A stretch of 63,655 bases of DNA, filler included, from Octopus bimaculoides (GCF_001194135.2; 6 parts of 5 records of this genome joined end to end with filler, not necessarily neighbours in it); one strand, 5' to 3'; shown: positions 37,926-51,073, numbered from the whole stretch's first letter. The notes: generated from the sequence alone by a model not told the origin. Numbers and translations are program-made.

Positions 37926-39304
37926 ATTTGTACTAAAATGGAAATCCAGATTTTATGAAATTCAAATTTTGGAATCCATCTTTTTGAAAAACCAAATTTG
38001 TGAGGCCAGGTTTTGTGTGAGGTCAATTTTGGTGAAACTAAAAATTGTGAATCCAGAGTTACGGATCCAATTTTCTGAAATTAAGTTGGTGAAGCCGATA
38101 TTCTGAGTCCGAATTTCTGAACTGCATATATATATGTTACCTTTATAAATATTTTGACTGCACGTCTGGTGTAGCATTGGTTTTTTTGTTCGTGTATATA
38201 TTTGTTTTTGTATGCAGGCTGCTTTTTCCATGCTGACAAAACTTTCATGGTGTGTTGTTGTTTTGCGTTCACCCTATCCTCGTTGATTCTGTAAATTCGG
38301 GTTATGATCACCAGGACGTAACAAATTCACTTAGCTGTAGAAATGAGATGCGACGTCACTGGTGACAAGCTGTATCAGCCTTTGCCTTTCCCTTGGATAA
38401 CATCGGTGGCGTGGAGAAGAGAGGCTAGGGGAGATAACAAAGTTGTAGTGATCCCAAAACGAAGGTGCGTGTGTGTAAGAGAGTGCTGGTGATCTTGACG
38501 TGTGCATGTGTGTATGTCTAGGTGTGAAAATGTGGGGATGGGAATTGGTCAGTGCTAGTGTGTGCGTGGTGGTGTGTTGTGATGTGATGTGTTGTGTGAT
38601 ATGGTGCAGCGTGGTGTGGCGTGATGGTGTTGGGAGGTGGGGTCGAGAGTGGGGTGTGGGTTAGGCTGAGTTTGGGGGTAGGTGAGGTATGTTGGAGAGG
38701 NNNNNNNNNNNNNNNNNNNNNNNNNNNNNNNNNNNNNNNNNNNNNNNNNNNNNNNNNNNNNNNNNNNNNNNNNNNNNNNNNNNNNNNNNNNNNNNNNNNN
38801 NNNNNNNNNNNNNNNNNNNNNNNNNNNNNNNNNNNNNNNNNNNNNNNNNNNNNNNNNNNNNNNNNNNNNNNNNNNNNNNNNNNNNNNNNNNNNNNNNNNN
38901 NNNNNNNNNNNNNNNNNNNNNNNNNNNNNNNNNNNNNNNNNNNNNNNNNNNNNNNNNNNNNNNNNNNNNNAGGAATGTGTACGGGTGGCATGGGCTTATG
39001 AGGGAGGGTTGACGATGAAGAGGAGAGGGGAAGGTAGGTATGAGAGAAGAGAGGAAGAGAGTAAGAGAGAAAAGAGAAAGAAAGTAAGGGTGAAGAGTAG
39101 GAGTCGGAGCAAAAGAGGAGCGGTGGGTGGGAGGAAGTAGGAGGATGGGAGAGGGAAAGAGAGGCAGAGAGGCAAGGGGAGGAGGTTAGAGGAAGAGGGA
39201 AGGAAGTTAGATGAAGAGGGGAGGAGAGTTGAGCCCATGTGGGGCAAAGGAGCGAAGATAGAAGATTAATCCCTGTTCACGGCGCATATATATGTATATG
39301 TATA

Positions 39305-39709
39305 TAGGCACAGGGGTGGCTGTGAGGTAAGTAGTTTGCTTCCCAACCACATGGCTCGTGGTTCAGTCCCACTGCGTGGCACTTTGGGCAAGTATCTTCT
39401 ACTATACCCTCAAGCCTATCAAAGCCTTGTGAGTGGATTTGGCAGACGAAACTGAAAGAAGCCCGTCATATATGTGTGTGTGTGTGAGTGTGTGTGTATG
39501 TATTTGTGTGTCTGTGTTTGTCCCTCCGTCATCGCTTGATAACCGATGTTGGTGTGTTTACGTCCCATAACCTTGCGGTTCGGCAAAACAGACCGACAGA
39601 ATAAGTACTAGGCTTATAAAGAATAAGTCCTGGAGTCGATTTGTTCGACTAAAGGTGGTGCTCCAGCATGGCCGCACTCAAATGACTGAAAGAAGTAAAA
39701 GAATAAAAG
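39305..39709 (+). mobile_element. Full-length family C SINE (~400 bp): tRNA-like head, CORE-like GGCAAGT segment, internal (TA)(TG)n tract, LINE-like 3' tail
   Basis: Best-preserved copy and the reference used here for the family. Two minus-strand copies follow at 39735-40615 (gap inside the microsatellite) and 40622-40912. Confidence 0.85.
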
Positions 39710-41287
39710 TATATATATATATATATATATTCTTCCGTTCTTTTATGCTTTGACTTGTCTCTGATATTAGACTGCGGCCANNNNNNNNNNNNNNNNNNNN
39801 NNNNNNNNNNNNNNNNNNNNNNNNNNNNNNNNNNNNNNNNNNNNNNNNNNNNNNNNNNNNNNNNNNNNNNNNNNNNNNNNNNNNNNNNNNNNNNNNNNNN
39901 NNNNNNNNNNNNNNNNNNNNNNNNNNNNNNNNNNNNNNNNNNNNNNNNNNNNNNNNNNNNNNNNNNNNNNNNNNNNNNNNNNNNNNNNNNNNNNNNNNNN
40001 NNNNNNNNNNNNNNNNNNNNNNNNNNNNNNNNNNNNNNNNNNNNNNNNNNNNNNNNNNNNNNNNNNNNNNNNNNNNNNNNNNNNNNNNNNNNNNNNNNNN
40101 NNNNNNNNNNNNNNNNNNNNNNNNNNNNNNNNNNNNNNNNNNNNNNNNNNNNNNNNNNNNNNNNNNNNNNNNNNNNNNNNNNNNNNNNNNNNNNNNNNNN
40201 NNNNNNNNNNNNNNNNNNNNNNNNNNNNNNNNNNNNNNNNNNNNNNNNNNNNNNNNNNNNNNNNNNNNNNNNNNNNNNNNNNNNNNNNNNNNNNNNNNNN
40301 NNNNNNNNNNNNNNNNNNNNNNNNNNNNNNNNNNNNNNNNNNNNNNNNNNNNNNNNNNNNNNNNNNNNNNNNNNNNNNNNNNNNNNNNNNNNNNNNNNNN
40401 NNNNNNNNNNNNNNNNNNNNNNNNNNNNNNNNNNNNNNNNATATATATATATATACGACGGGCTTCTTTCAGTTTCCGTCTACCAAATCCACTCACAAGG
40501 CTTTGGTCGGCTCGAGGCTATAATAGAAGACACTTGCCCAAAGTGCCACGCAGTGGGACTGAACCCGGAACCATGTGGTTGATAAGCAAGCTGCTTACCA
40601 CACAGCCACTCCTGCCAGTACTTCTATTTTATTTCTTTTAACCTGGTAATTATTTAATCGGTCTTCTTTGCCGAACGGCTAAGTGAAAGGGACTCGAACA
40701 CAACAACACCGGTTGTCAAGCGGTTGTTGTGGGGAGACAAACACAAACACAAACACACACACACACATATATATATGTATATATGATAGGCTCCTTTCAG
40801 TTTCCGTCTACCAAATCCCCTCACAAGGCTTTGATCGCTCCGAGTCTGTAGTAGGAGACACTTGACCCAGATGTCATGCAATTGGGAAGCAAGCTTCTTA
40901 CCACACATCTGCGCTACAAATAATGTGTGTGTATATGTATACATATATATGTATGTATGTATGTATGTATATATATATATATATACATACATACATATAT
41001 ATATATGTATCATAAATATATAGGGATTGACAGTAACCTGCTTCTCCAACATACTGAGAATTCAGAAATAGCAGTCAAAGAACTATTGATTTCAAAACTA
41101 CAAATTATTACTCCAGATTGATAGCGATATTTTTGATACACACAGAACAAAAAACAATAGAGAAGAGTAAAAAACACTTGCCTTTAGTTAATTTAGTACA
41201 ATTGTTTCACAGTTAAGAGTACATAATACTCTATTCTGATCTTCAGCTAAATATTCTAATAAATTTGTTAATGTCTAAATAACTCAC

Positions 41288-41333
41288 GTTAATTTTGACC
41301 ATGTGAACATCAATACCACGTGAAGAAGACGTT
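41288..41333 (-). CDS. 3' part of a candidate exon emerging from a gap (TSSSRGIDVHMVKIN)
   Basis: Perfect donor AAC|gtgagt. The phase-0 end is compatible with the exon at 31987-32173. The acceptor is hidden in Ns. Confidence 0.35.
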
Positions 41334-42150
41334 NNNNNNNNNNNNNNNNNNNNNNNNNNNNNNNNNNNNNNNNNNNNNNNNNNNNNNNNNNNNNNNNNNN
41401 NNNNNNNNNNNNNNNNNNNNNNNNNNNNNNNNNNNNNNNNNNNNNNNNNNNNNNNNNNNNNNNNNNNNNNNNNNNNNNNNNNNNNNNNNNNNNNNNNNNN
41501 NNNNNNNNNNNNNNNNNNNNNNNNNNNNNNNNNNNNNNNNNNNNNNNNNNNNNNNNNNNNNNNNNNNNNNNNNNNNNNNNNNNNNNNNNNNNNNNNNNNN
41601 NNNNNNNNNNNNNNNNNNNNNNNNNNNNNNNNNNNNNNNNNNNNNNNNNNNNNNNNNNNNNNNNNNNNNNNNNNNNNNNNNNNNNNNNNNNNNNNNNNNN
41701 NNNNNNNNNNNNNNNNNNNNNNNNNNNNNNNNNNNNNNNNNNNNNNNNNNNNNNNNNNNNNNNNNNNNNNNNNNNNNNNNNNNNNNNNNNNNNNNNNNNN
41801 NNNNNNNNNNNNNNNNNNNNNNNNNNNNNNNNNNNNNNNNNNNNNNNNNNNNNNNNNNNNNNNNNNNNNNNNNNNNNNNNNNNNNNNNNNNNNNNNNNNN
41901 NNNNNNNNNNNNNNNNNNNNNNNNNNNNNNNNNNNNNNNNNNNNNNNNNNNNNNNNNNNNNNNNNNNNNNNNNNNNNNNNNNNNNNNNNNNNNNNNNNNN
42001 NNNNNNNNNNNNNNNNNNNNNNNNNNNNNNNNNNNNNNNNNNNNNNNNNNNNNNNNNNNNNNNNNNNNNNNNNNNNNNNNNNNNNNNNNNNNNNNNNNNN
42101 NNNNNNNNNNNNNNNNNNNNNNNNNNNNNNNNNNNNNNNNNNNNNNNNNN

Positions 42151-42189
<39 letters not shown>

Positions 42190-42201
42190 TGTGTGTATGT
42201 G

Positions 42202-42232
<31 letters not shown>

Positions 42233-43516
42233 GTACATATGTATATATACATGCATAAATGTGTATATATATACACATATGTGTATGCATGCTCATATAC
42301 ACACAGACACACACACACACACAGAGTTAATTTTAAAGTTAAAAGATTAAAGTTTAGAAAGTATTCATTAAATGCAGTATCCAAACCTTGTTTCAGGGTA
42401 ATTCGTGTGTCCGCAGAACACGTTCACCACTTATGGCTACCAAGCGTCATCAGCTATACTTTGCATTCATCGTTTGATCGACTTCCATGAATCCCAGGGT
42501 GCACCTAGGGTATATATTAAAAATTAATAGAGAAGACGGAGTGTGCCAAAAAGCAATTTATTATCACGACAGATGTTTCGTCTTCATAGTTCACTGCTCC
42601 CTAGTTGGGAGATGCAACGCACAGTGCAATGATAACTCCTCAGGTGGCATAATATGTTTTTAAGTGCGGTGATTTACATTTCAGTTTCGCTGTATTGAGA
42701 GATTCTATCAGTCCGGGTGGATATGTTCAAATGAGGAAGAAAAAAATACACGAATGAGATCAGAAAGCGCCTAACATGTAAGGGGTGGGAGTGTTTTTAT
42801 TTGGGGTCATGATGTTATTGTTAAAAGTAAGTGATACAAAATAAAACAAAAGATAAAAATTAAATAATCAAAAAATATAAAGAATGTATCGAAGTAACCG
42901 AAGAACACAAGGCGAAAAAAAATAGGAGAAAGAAAAAAATGCACTCAACACCGGAGTTGAAGATACCTCCGAAAGATGGTGGGGGCCACGTCGAAAACGG
43001 TAGAGGAGTAGGGGCTGAAACCGGACGTATCTCCTGGTGAAGTCTTTAGCCATCGGATCCCATAAAGGAGCTGTTGAGATAGCGAACCAGGAGACGTAAT
43101 TGGAACTCCCAAAGAAAGTAGTGTATATGGATAGGGGGACGAGGGTGTGTGTCTTTGATATGTGGTGGCTATGGCATCCAAGTGTGACGGCTGGGTCAGA
43201 TTTAGGCCATTTGACATCGTGGCTGTGAACATATAAACAGACGCGCAGACAGACACACTACACAATCATAAGCTTATTCATGCGCACACACCAGTATACG
43301 CCCACACGTATGTGTGTCTGTTCATGCGCACGCGCGTACACAAAAGCACATGTATACATACGTACATGCACACATGCCTATAACGTGCGGGGCTTAGATA
43401 CATATAGACATACTCACTCCCGTATGGGGATTGGCGTCAGCGCTGTTGTAGTGGGCTAAGACCTAACTCTGCGTCACATAGACATCTTCCAGCACACAGA
43501 GATATTTATCGAAGCG

Positions 43517-43575
43517 AACGCCGGCGGAGCGCCAGTCGGCATCGTTTACGGTCGGAACTACGACGGTATCTGATC
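43517..43575 (-). pseudogene. 18S rRNA fragment (~60 nt)
   Basis: Reverse complement GATCAGATACCGTCGTAGTTCCGACCGTAAACGATGCCGACTGGCGCTCCGCCGGCGTT matches a conserved eukaryotic SSU rRNA segment. The flanks are not rDNA. Confidence 0.85.
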
Positions 43576-43939
43576 TCGGAGGAAATTATAAATTAAAATT
43601 TATTTTATATACTGGCGTTTTCAAACTTCTTTTTTATAAATAAATAAATAAATATATATATTCCCTCTACCACTCTCTCTCTTCCCTTTACACCGGCATG
43701 GTCACATGCTTCCGGTCAATAATGCTTTCCTTCCTTGGCTTTCGCCAAGCAACGCACGCACCACTTTGTCCCTCTCGGGTCCGTGCCTCATCGCGTTCAT
43801 ACACACATAATTTTTCTCGTCTGGCCGTAAAGCCTTTTCNNNNNNNNNNNNNNNNNNNNNNNNNNNNNNNNNNNNNNNNNNNNTTAATTAATTAANNNNN
43901 NNNNNNNNNNNNNNNNNNNNNNNNNNNNNNNNNNNNNNN

Positions 43940-44163
43940 CTGTCTGACTTCTACCATTCAGGAAGTCATGCAGCCACTCTCCTAATTTACCAGCTATGCC
44001 AAGGTTTCGCAGCTTGTGACATATCAAGCCATGATCAACTTTGTCAAAGGCTTTTGCAAAGTCGAGATATATCACATCAACACTTGAATGGTCAAGCAGC
44101 TGCTTCAGGACCTAGTCATAATGCTGCAAGAGTTGCGTGTGGCAGCTTCTACCTGGACGGAAA

Positions 44164-44165
<2 letters not shown>
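43940..44165 (-). mobile_element. CR1/L2-group LINE RT fragment, 5'-truncated at (TA)n and cut by a scaffold join
   Basis: GFRPGRSCHTQLLQHYD*VLKQLLDHSSVDVIYLDFAKAFDKVDHGLICHKLRNLGIAGKLGEWLHDFL. Confidence 0.9.
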
Positions 44166-44196
<31 letters not shown>

Positions 44197-44469
44197 NNNN
44201 NNNNNNTATATATGCTATTTGATATAGTAGTTTGACTTTAGCGTCCCATTCCAGCGTGCCGCTTTACTTATAGTTTCGTATTATTTTTTTTTACCTAAAT
44301 TGCTTTTACAGGCTGGCTACTTGATAAAATCTTATATACATTTTATCCTTTTATTAAACTGAGGAATATTTATATTTAATTGATGAATTCCGTGCTGAAT
44401 TATTTTGGTTATACACATATGACTGAGATGAACAAAATAGAAATTGTTTTCATGGATATTTAAGTGTGT

Positions 44470-45150
44470 GTGAACATTTGTATAACCCAGTTTCCACAAA
44501 AGCTGTTCGCCGGGAGCTGCACAAGGCCGGATTTCACGGGAGAGATGCTATCAGAAAACCACTCTACTTTCAAAAACAAACGTTGCAAAGCGTTTAGAGT
44601 GGAGCAAAATCCTACATAATTTGTCCCGAGAGTAGTGGAAGAATGTTATTTTCCAGGATGAGTCATCCTTTACCTTATTTCCGACCACCGGCCGAGTATA
44701 CGTGTGGAGACAGCGAAAAGAAGCATTTGACCCAGACAGCTTTCTTCCAACTGTTAAACATGGAGAAGGATCTGTGATGATCGGGGGAGGGGGGGCTATA
44801 TCTTGGAAATCCTCCAACCCAATGGTTTCCCTTCGTAGCAGAATTAATGGTCAAGTCTATCTAAGATTTTATCTGATCAACTTCATCCTATGGTTGCTGA
44901 ACTGTTTCCGGGGGGAAACGCAATCTTTCAGAATGATAATGCACCAATTCACACACAGCTAAAGTTGTTACTGAATGGCATGAGGAACACTCTAGAGAAG
45001 TTGAACATCTTATCTGGCCACCACAGTTCCCAGGTCTCAATATTATTGGACATATATGGTCCATTTTAATAAAACAAGTAAGGAATCGATATCCTCCACC
45101 ATCATCACTACCAGGACTGAAAACTGTTTTACCTGAAAATGGGCAAAAAT
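44470..45150 (+). mobile_element. Decayed Tc1-like (DD34E) transposase
   Basis: VRRELHKAGFHGR, NVIFQDESSF, GRVYVWR, PTVKHGEGSVMI, FQNDNAPIHTA and WPPQFPGLNII, with frameshifts. No TIRs were identified. Confidence 0.88.
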
Positions 45151-45604
45151 TATATATATATATAATTGACAATGTATGTGTGAAAAAGCGTGTTTGTGCA
45201 AGCATATTATTTTAACTACATATTATTTTAAAGGTATGGATACAGTAATACAAATACATCAGGACATGTTTCGCTATTAGTTAAAATCTGTTATATAAGA
45301 ATCTCAAACGAAATGTTAAATTTGGATTCTTTCATCTTTCTTCTGTACATTCAACGTACATTAAACAATTTCCGCATTATGTAACCAAAATTTTTGCCTG
45401 CGTAGAAAACACTCTCCTTATCGTTGAATATTTCTACGAGCTACAAGAGTTAGAAGACAGCAATAAACACTGACAATAGAGATACATACATACATACATG
45501 CATACATACATACATACATACATATATGTATGTATATGTATGCATATGTATGTATATACGCACACACACAAATACATATATGTATGTATATCTATATGTA
45601 TTTG

Positions 45605-45950
<346 letters not shown>

Positions 45951-46298
45951 CTAAGGATTTAATAAACGGATATGTCTGTTAAATGGAGATTCCCATCACA
46001 TCTTCCTTAAGTTATTAGAAACAGATGCATACAGTCCAGCACACTGGTAATATGGTGCGTGTGTTTGTGCGTGTATGCATATATGCCCATATTTGTGTCT
46101 ATATATGTATGTATTTGTATGGCTGTTTATATACGTATATATGAACGTACGCTGATACACGCATGCACACACTCACACACGCGCACGCATACATGTCGCA
46201 CATATCTAGGTGTAAATTAAACAAGAACTTGTTTAGAGAAAGCACCCGTGTCTCTCTGTATGTATGTAAGCATGAGTGCGTGTGTGTATTGGTGTGTG

Positions 46299-46329
<31 letters not shown>

Positions 46330-46744
46330 ATTCAAATAATAATTACTACTCTATTTAACGCTAAATTTGTTCGTTGATTACAGAGTACATAAACAGTATA
46401 ACTACACATGACAGTAGAACCGAAAATTCGATTACTACATGGTTATGTTGTCGATCTCATTCTATTATTTTTCTCGGTAATCATGTTTACTATTGCGTCA
46501 CTAACGAAGTTGTTATATTATTAGTCAATCATTATAAGGCCCATACCTAGCAGATCTGTTTCCATGCCGGGCAAAATGCTTAGCGATATATCGCCAGTTT
46601 TTACGTTCTGACTAAGAATTTCGTCGAGGCCGAATTTACCTTCCATCTTTTCGGAGTAGATGTCAAGTTGTGGGGTTCAATGTAATCCATAAGCCCCTTC
46701 TGGCAAAATTTCAGACTTTGTGTGTATTGCAGAAAGCGTTATAT

Positions 46745-47011
46745 TCTTTTATATCTTTTACTTGTTTCATTCATTTGACTGCGGCTATGCTGGAGCACCG
46801 CCTTCAAGGGTTTCATTTGAACAAATGAACCCCAGAGCCTATTATTGTCATTTCTTTTTAGGCCTAGTACTTATTCTGTCGGGTGCTTTCGTCTTTTACC
46901 GAACCGCTAAGTTACGGTGACGTAAACACACCAACACCAGCGTGAAGCGGTGGTGAGGGCCAAACACAGACAGAAAGACGCACACACATAGATATCATCT
47001 TCCCTCATATA

Positions 47012-47045
<34 letters not shown>

Positions 47046-47947
47046 TTTCAAAGTTTCAGCTCAGAGCTGCGGCCATGCTGATGCACCACCGTGTTGCTAC
47101 ACTGTTATTACAGGGAGTCTCTTACAATATGTGGCACTTGGTGAAGAATGGAGTTTGATTTAGCAACCCTCATTTGCACCTCCTGCCGCGAGGTAGGTTC
47201 ATCTGGGACTCTCGATAGGAAGAGGTCCAGCTTTGATTTAAAAACTCCTACATCTACTTTGTGCAGATTCCTCAGGCTCTTTGGGAGAATATTAAAAAGC
47301 TGTGGGCCCCTGAATCCCAAGCTGTTGCAGNNNNNNNNNNNNNNNNNNNNNNNNNNNNNNNNNNNNNNNNNNNNNNNNNNNNNNNNNNNNNNNNNNNNNN
47401 NNNNNNNNNNNNNNNNNNNNNNNNNNNNNNNNNNNNNNNNNNNNNNNNNNNNNNNNNNNNNNNNNNNNNNNNNNNNNNNNNNNNNNNNNNNNNNNNNNNN
47501 NGCACAATTCCTTCCAGGATCTTCCAGATGTATATTACTGCATACCTCTCCCGCCTTCTCTCCAGGGAGTAGAGTCTTAGCTGTTTCAGCCTTTCCCAGT
47601 AGCTGAGCAGTTGCAACGAGACAATCTTCTTTGTGAATCTCCTCTGGATTGCTTCAAGGTCTGCTGTTAATTTCAGACTGGTGGGTGACCACAGCTGTGA
47701 GCAGTAATCCAGGCGGCTGAGGACGAATGTCCTCCAGAGTATCATCATGGTTTCCTTATCTCTGGTTCTGAATGTTCTCAGGATCCATATATATATGCGA
47801 TTGGCTTCTTTCGTTTTCCGTCTACCATATCCACTCATAGGGCTTTGGTCGGTCCGAAGTTATAGTAGAAGACACTTGCCCAAGGGGCCACGCAGTGGGA
47901 CTGCACCAGGAGGCACATGGTTACCATGCAGCCACTCCTGCGCCTAT
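46745..47947 (-). mobile_element. Family C SINE split by a CR1-like insertion (5' half 47797-47947, 3' half 46745-46990)
   Basis: Both halves are on the minus strand, in the correct order, and each joins the LINE through a (TA)n tract. Confidence 0.8.
47043..47790 (-). mobile_element. 5'-truncated CR1-like LINE: RT C-terminus, stop and 3' UTR
   Basis: WILRTFRTRD...SRLDYCSQLWSP...LEAIQRRFTK...LYSLERRRERY, then GPQLFNILPKSLRN...FKSKLDLFLSRVPDEP. The tail is GGTGGTGCATCAGCATGGCCGCAGCTCTGAGCTGAAAC. Confidence 0.92.
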
Positions 47948-48362
47948 CGTTAGCTATATACGAATTGTTAGCCATTCACGAATGCCGGTAAACTGGAAGA
48001 ATAGTGGGTACGCAGGACGAAATTCTTAGCAGCTTTACGTTGTGAGTTCAAATTCTGCCAGGATCGATTTTACCCTTCATCTCTCTGGATTGATAAATTG
48101 AGTACAATTTGAGTACAGCGACCAAAGTAATCAACTGGTCCTCTTGGCCAAAATTTTAGGCCTTGTGGCTCTAGTAGAAAGGATCAATTTCTATTTATAT
48201 ACTGGTGTCACTCATTAGACTATAATTATGCTGGCGTGCCATTTATTTTATCATGTAGACGCAATTATTTATTAAAGATCATTATTTATTTAATCTAAAT
48301 CTATTTGTCAAACAACTAATGTTTCGACTCTCTCTGTCTGTCTCTCTCTCTCTCTCACTCCG

Positions 48363-48395
<33 letters not shown>

Positions 48396-49638
48396 GTCTC
48401 TCTGTCTGTCTGTCTCTCTCACTCCGTCCCTCTGTCTCTCTGTCTCTTTCACTCCCTCTCTCTGCCTGTCTGTCTGTCTGTCTGTCTGTCTGTCTCGCTC
48501 TCTCTCACTCCGTCTCTCTGTCTGTCTCTCTCTCTCTCTCTCTCACTACGTCTCTCTGTCTGCCTGTCTGTCTCTCTCTCTCTCTCTCCTTACGCCATCT
48601 TATCCATGCCACGTTGTCTCGCCTCCAACCAGGCTCTCACGTTTATCTTTATATACGTGTGTGCATGCAATGAGTGCTTTGTAGCCTCTATAAAATTATA
48701 ATCACAATATATCGGCCAATCCCGTCCTAACGTAGAATATATAATCTCTCAAGGTATTGTACATTGAGGACTGAACCGAAAACCACGCACTTAAAACAGA
48801 ATGCTTAATCAGTTATCCATAAGCGCGCGCCTATANNNNNNNNNNNNNNNNNNNNNNNNNNNNNNNNNNNNNNNNNNNNNNNNNNNNNNNNNNNNNNNNN
48901 NNNNNNNNNNNNNNNNNNNNNNNNNNNNNNNNNNNNNNNNNNNNNNNNNNNNNNNNNNNNNNNNNNNNNNNNNNNNNNNNNNNNNNNNNNNNNNNNNNNN
49001 NNNNNNNNNNNNNNNNNNNNNNNNNNNNNNNNNNNNNNNNNNNNNNNNNNNNNNNNNNNNNNNNNNNNNNNNNNNNNNNNNNNNNNNNNNNNNNNNNNNN
49101 NNNNNNNNNNNNNNNNNNNNNNNNNNNNNNNNNNNNNNNNNNNNNNNNNNNNNNNNNNNNNNNNNNNNNNNNNNNNNNNNNNNNNNNNNNNNNNNNNNNN
49201 NNNNNNNNNNNNNNNNNNNNNNNNNNNNNNNNNNNNNNNNNNNNNNNNNNNNNNNNNNNNNNNNNNNNNNNNNNNNNNNNNNNNNNNNNNNNNNNNNNNN
49301 NNNNNNNNNNNNNNNNNNNNNNNNNNNNNNNNNNNNNNNNNNNNNNNNNNNNNNNNNNNNNNNNNNNNNNNNNNNNNNNNNNNNNNNNNNNNNNNNNNNN
49401 NNNNNNNNNNNNNNNNNNNNNNNNNNNNNNNNNNNNNNNNNNNNNNNNNNNNNNNNNNNNNNNNNNNNNNNNNNNNNNNNNNNNNNNNNNNNNNNNNNNN
49501 NNNNNNNNNNNNNNNNNNNNNNNNNNNNNNNNNNNNNNNNNNNNNNNNNNNNNNNNNNNNNNNNNNNNNNNNNNNNNNNNNNNNNNNNNNNNNNNNNNNN
49601 NNNNNNNNNNNNNNNNNNNNNNNNNNNNNNNNNNNNNN

Positions 49639-49679
<41 letters not shown>

Positions 49680-50324
49680 CATGCGTATATACATACACAT
49701 ATACATACATACATACATACATTGTACATACACACATACACATAGAGACACGTATAATACAGCCATGAGGCTTCGTGATTAGGGTATTGGACTCATTATC
49801 GTAAGATTGTAGTTTCGTTTTCTGGGCCATTCTTGAACAAAACACTTCATTTCACGGTTCACCATTTTACTCAGCTGCCAAAAATGAGCAATTCTGCGAC
49901 GAACCGGTGTCCGATGCAAGGTTCAAATATATGCGCCACGGAAAGTAGGTTGCCTGCACTATGAGTCTATATGATTCTGGACGACTCTTTAATACATTTA
50001 TGTATATATCTTAATAATACTAAAACTCTAGAAGATGTTTGTTCCCGAAATATCTCAGAAATAGTATATTTTATCTTAATTTCGTTTTTGCATATATACT
50101 TTCATACTTACTTTATGCAGTGCAGTATGAGCATTCATGATATTTGGACCTCTATTTATTATTGAAAACGATTAAACATAATTTTTGTTTGTTATTTCTT
50201 GACGGAAAAAAAGCATGGCTTCCGTGACGTCAACACACATACACACACATAATGAATGCCATGGTGTGTGAATCAAAACAAGCAACCATACGCTATCTGT
50301 GACATATACACACACATAGTCTTC

Positions 50325-51015
50325 GTGTATACAAATAAAAAATGAAAATAGAAAAAAATAGATAGAAAAGCATAAAAAATGAAGAATATAAAAGCTAATA
50401 TGAAAATAAAATAACAATAATAAAAAATACAGAAAGTAAACAGCATGTATGAAAGAAGAAGAAAGAAGAAATGAAGAAGACACTTCTGGCTAACAAAGCA
50501 CCCAAACCATGTCATGGAAAGATTCTCAAAAACCTTACTTTTAGAAGGATTAAAAAAAAATAATACTGGAAAATAATCCCTTCTTCTTTGATGACAACTT
50601 CTACTTATAAATAAAAGGAACGGCGATGGCGACAAAAGTATCTCCTACATACGCAACACTCATTATGGGCTTCCTAGAGGTCAAACTGTATTCCTAACTA
50701 ACGGAAACATTTATCGAATAATTCTCCACTTAAATGAAAAATAAAAAAAAAACTATTGGAAACGATATTTAGACAATTGCTTTATAGTTTGGACCAAAAA
50801 CGAAGAAGACTTCAGAATATTTAACTCACTTCAATAAAATTACACGCTTCAATAAAATTCACCATGGAACAAAACACAATGGAATTGCTATTTTTGGAAA
50901 ATACTTCTAATTAAAGAAAATAACAATATAAAGAGATCTCTTCTACAAACCTACAGATACTCACCAATATTTGAACTTAGATTCCTCCCATCCTTCACAT
51001 ACCAAAAAATGAGTG

Positions 51016-51073
<58 letters not shown>

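Noticed and set aside
42420-42455. Minus-strand CTGATGA followed by a 5-bp hairpin
   Set aside because: It is followed by GTGAAC rather than GAAA, so the catalytic core is incomplete.
42945-43065. TTGAAGA...GAAAC...GTA-TCTCCTGGTG arrangement with partial stem I pairing
   Set aside because: C3 is missing, stem II does not close and the stem I register is off by one. At best it is a very decayed element end.
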